Source: an uncultured Gemmatimonadales bacterium
Lineage (GTDB): Bacteria > Gemmatimonadota > Gemmatimonadetes > Gemmatimonadales > GWC2-71-9
DNA length: 64,000 nucleotides
Reading direction: 5' to 3'
Assembly (NCBI GenBank): GCA_963795085.1
Contig: CAWCFX010000001.1
Location: 960,001-1,024,000, forward strand
The notes beneath the pieces were generated by a model that saw only the letters and a program-made list of their open reading frames with translations, was not told where the DNA came from and did not search any database. The position numbers and the translations under genes are program-made. The number at the start of each line of letters is the position of its first letter. Within the stretch, counting starts at the first letter, position 1. Positions 62,601 through 64,000 of this stretch are shown here, one piece after another.

Positions 62601-63247
62601 CGAACACCTTCCAGAGCGACCTGCTCCCCGGGTTCAACCTGTCGATGTCCCATGACCTGTGGCGGGGGGCGGTAGGGACCGACACGGCGGAGTTCGACCC
62701 GTTTCTCTCCAGTGTGAGCGCCGGGTTCGCGGTTTCAGGGAATACTTTCCGGACCCTCCTGTCGTTCGTCGGCCTGGCCCGGCGGCCGGAGCCCGCCGCG
62801 GCAGCCGCCGGGCAGCGTCCCGCCCAGCCGACCTCCTACGTCGCGGACGTGGGCCGCCGGCGGGGCGGCAGCAGTTTCTACAATACGGACCAGTACGCGG
62901 TGGGGATGGGGCGGGCGTTCACCGCCAACTTCAACTACTCGCTCTCCCGGGCCCGGCCCACCCCGGGCGATGGGATCGCCGATATCGAGCCGCGGCAGAA
63001 CCTCGGTTTCAGCACCAGTTTCTCGCCCACCCCGCTCTGGTCGCTCTCCTGGACCGCCCAGTACAACATCACCGACCGGCAGTTTGAGTCCCACGTGGTC
63101 CGCCTGGAGCGGGACATGCACGAATGGAAGGCCAGTTTCAACGCCATCAAGAACGCCAACGGCAACTTCCAGTTCTTCTTCAGTATCTACCTGAGCGACC
63201 TCCCGGAAGTGAAATTCGACTACGACCAGACCACCATCGAGCGCTAG
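59699..63247 (+). CDS. tatC: TatC fused in-frame to LptD-like outer-membrane protein
   Basis: aa 1-241 TatC (MPFLDHLEELR.R, YQLWAFLSPAL, FELP, LYEVG); aa 242-270 signal-peptide-like; then LptD-like (TSCDLPNPHY, LPFIF, R.SG.L.P, GYYW, RDMHEW...PEVKFDY). Confidence 0.85.
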   Translation: MARANGEMPFLDHLEELRMRILKSAGALVLGMAVGLFVVERFQLIVLLKRPIEPYLPAGGKLIVTGPTEPVMIVLKLGFTVGLVLASPVLIYQLWAFLSPALYAREKKALVPGLLIGLLLFMAGGALGFLYIVPQALRVLFSFQSEALAPFITYDKYFSFLLQVVLAMGISFELPLVIILLSIFGLLTPAALHRFRRFAIVLACIAGAVLSPGADVISMVMMTVPLIFLYEVGVAGSSIVYRRKKRREARAASAAALLFFLFAGVGAVSAQEPVRPRPDSLRPAIPRDSLLRARPDTGRRPRAGSQLDTATAARLGLPTAPTRSFPAPDSIMEALLARPGFQAVRYRADSATLYAEERRIQLRRDALTQRGQSVMEADSAITYDDSECMMTAGGNPRLFDGGSVVVSKHISYNHCIRRAVIADALTNFQEGSTTWFLRGTLAQDSSSSRLYAHSGEITSCDLPNPHYHFSARQVKWISKTVLVARPAVLYVRDVPILWLPFIFQDARPGRRSGILVPQFGINDIVRPNGGYNRQVTNVGYYWAPNEYFDLTARLDWYANRYTQYGIAGQYRWLNRFVTGNLAYNRTSENTGQRSTNVRWDHRQSFNLNTTLNFNLNYASNSSVIRRNAIDPLLSTQNITSALNFTRRFGWGSLTLGGNRRQSLTDRSVTQQFPALTINPKPLDLSRNLTWSPSVSFTRDESRNTPRGFFVVANALGGLDSVAATEDTRLTAFNLDTPLRFWGFNWRNSVRMTDRLVQGRQAVTFREENTATPEPGDSVNVTRVFSGDFSTGVDWNTGINLPTLARSTFKLQPTLGIDNIVTGQPFLLRNRNTGGDYVVQGKRFALSMSAAPTVFGFYPGVGPLARIRHSLSPVFNWTYRPAAEIPAEFARAIQQPGRPIELRSDPNQTASISLSQSFEAKARQAPGDTTDPQNVRKYRLLSISTSQLAYDFEQAKKPGRTGWITPSISNTFQSDLLPGFNLSMSHDLWRGAVGTDTAEFDPFLSSVSAGFAVSGNTFRTLLSFVGLARRPEPAAAAAGQRPAQPTSYVADVGRRRGGSSFYNTDQYAVGMGRAFTANFNYSLSRARPTPGDGIADIEPRQNLGFSTSFSPTPLWSLSWTAQYNITDRQFESHVVRLERDMHEWKASFNAIKNANGNFQFFFSIYLSDLPEVKFDYDQTTIER

Positions 63248-63353
63248 TCAGCGCAACCTGGATAGGTCGTGCTGTCCTCGACCAGGGACAGCCCCCCGTC
63301 CTTCCCGGGGCGCAACTCGCGGCGGGGCGGCGGGTTAGGGCCGGGGGGCCAGA

Positions 63354-63368
63354 TGGCACACCCCCTGC
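63354..63368 (+). promoter_or_regulatory. sigma54 promoter
   Basis: TGGCACACCCCCTGC (GG-N10-GC), 32 bp before ATG. Confidence 0.6.
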
Positions 63369-63400
63369 TTTAACGCCGGCATCCCCACTGGAGCAGACCC

Positions 63401-64000
63401 ATGCGAGTCGCGATGTCGGCGGTCCTGTTGAGTGTGTTGTCCCTCGGCTGCCAGGACGAGTTCCTCGGCGGCGGCTCCCTGCTGAACCCCCCGACCAACC
63501 TTACGTACAAGGTCGAACCCAGCGGCACTCCAGGAAGCCCTTCCGGGGTCCTGCTGCAATGGGATTTCAGCACCGATCCGGCCATCGCGGTGTGGCGGGT
63601 GTACTCGCGGGGAAGCAGCTCCGGGTCCTTCCGGCTCCGCGGGTCCACCACCTCCAACACCTATCATGACAACGGCATACCCCACCTCCAGTATTACGTG
63701 ACCGCGGAGGACGATGCCGGGTACGAGAGCGATCCCAGCAACGCGGTGACAGTGGACGAGCGGCTGGCCCTGGACGCGCCCCTGGCCCTGACCACCACGT
63801 CGCTCGACCAGGCCATCGCGCTCAGCTGGACCGACAACGCCTACACCTCCGAACCGCAGGGATTCTCGATTTACCGGATATACAGCACCGCCTATGACCT
63901 GGACCTGGGACTGTGCGGCGCGACCTGGTCGCTGGAAGGCACCACGGTAGCCCCCGAGTACATCGCCGGCGCGCTGACCAATGGCGCGCCCCGCTGCTTC
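63401..64000 (+). CDS. Lipoprotein with fibronectin type III-like domains, 3'-truncated
   Basis: Not in ORF track; my translation MRVAMSAVLLSVLSLGC..., PPTNL...LQWD...YYVTAED.AG.ES..SN; frame open to window end. Confidence 0.7.
   Translation, partial: MRVAMSAVLLSVLSLGCQDEFLGGGSLLNPPTNLTYKVEPSGTPGSPSGVLLQWDFSTDPAIAVWRVYSRGSSSGSFRLRGSTTSNTYHDNGIPHLQYYVTAEDDAGYESDPSNAVTVDERLALDAPLALTTTSLDQAIALSWTDNAYTSEPQGFSIYRIYSTAYDLDLGLCGATWSLEGTTVAPEYIAGALTNGAPRCF

Overview
High-GC bacterial DNA, probably Gemmatimonadota (inferred from the style of the membrane Ser/Thr kinase, the LptD C-terminus and the flagellar gene set; not verified). Layout: (1) 3' part of a long relA/spoT gene. (2) A ~38.5 kb, nearly complete flagellar cluster (1885-40357) with signalling genes. 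It combines FliA/FlgM and FlhF/FlhG with an alphaproteobacterial-type short flagellin plus FlbT/FlaF. It lacks fliD, fliS, fliW, cheA and MCP genes. Candidate sigma70, sigma54 (with paired enhancer-like sites) and sigma28 promoters can be read from the sequence. (3) An accessory block: a membrane Ser/Thr kinase, two tandem paralogous Cys/Trp-rich lipoproteins (one broken by at least 6 frameshifts) and a Tat-signal PhoX. (4) Housekeeping and envelope genes: EVE, uvrB, tsaE, tsaB, rimI, ssb, a G-rich repeat/hairpin, LysM, an epimerase, tolQ-tolR-tolA-like-tolB-pal-cpoB, a single ORF fusing TatC to an LptD-like protein through an internal signal peptide, and a partial FN3-like lipoprotein. Main highlights are the TatC-LptD polyprotein (mirrored by a FliO-FliP fusion with the same logic), the hybrid flagellar regulatory circuit and the kinase-lipoprotein cassette. 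No rRNA, tRNA, CRISPR or integrase/transposase was recognised. All calls are by eye, without database searches.
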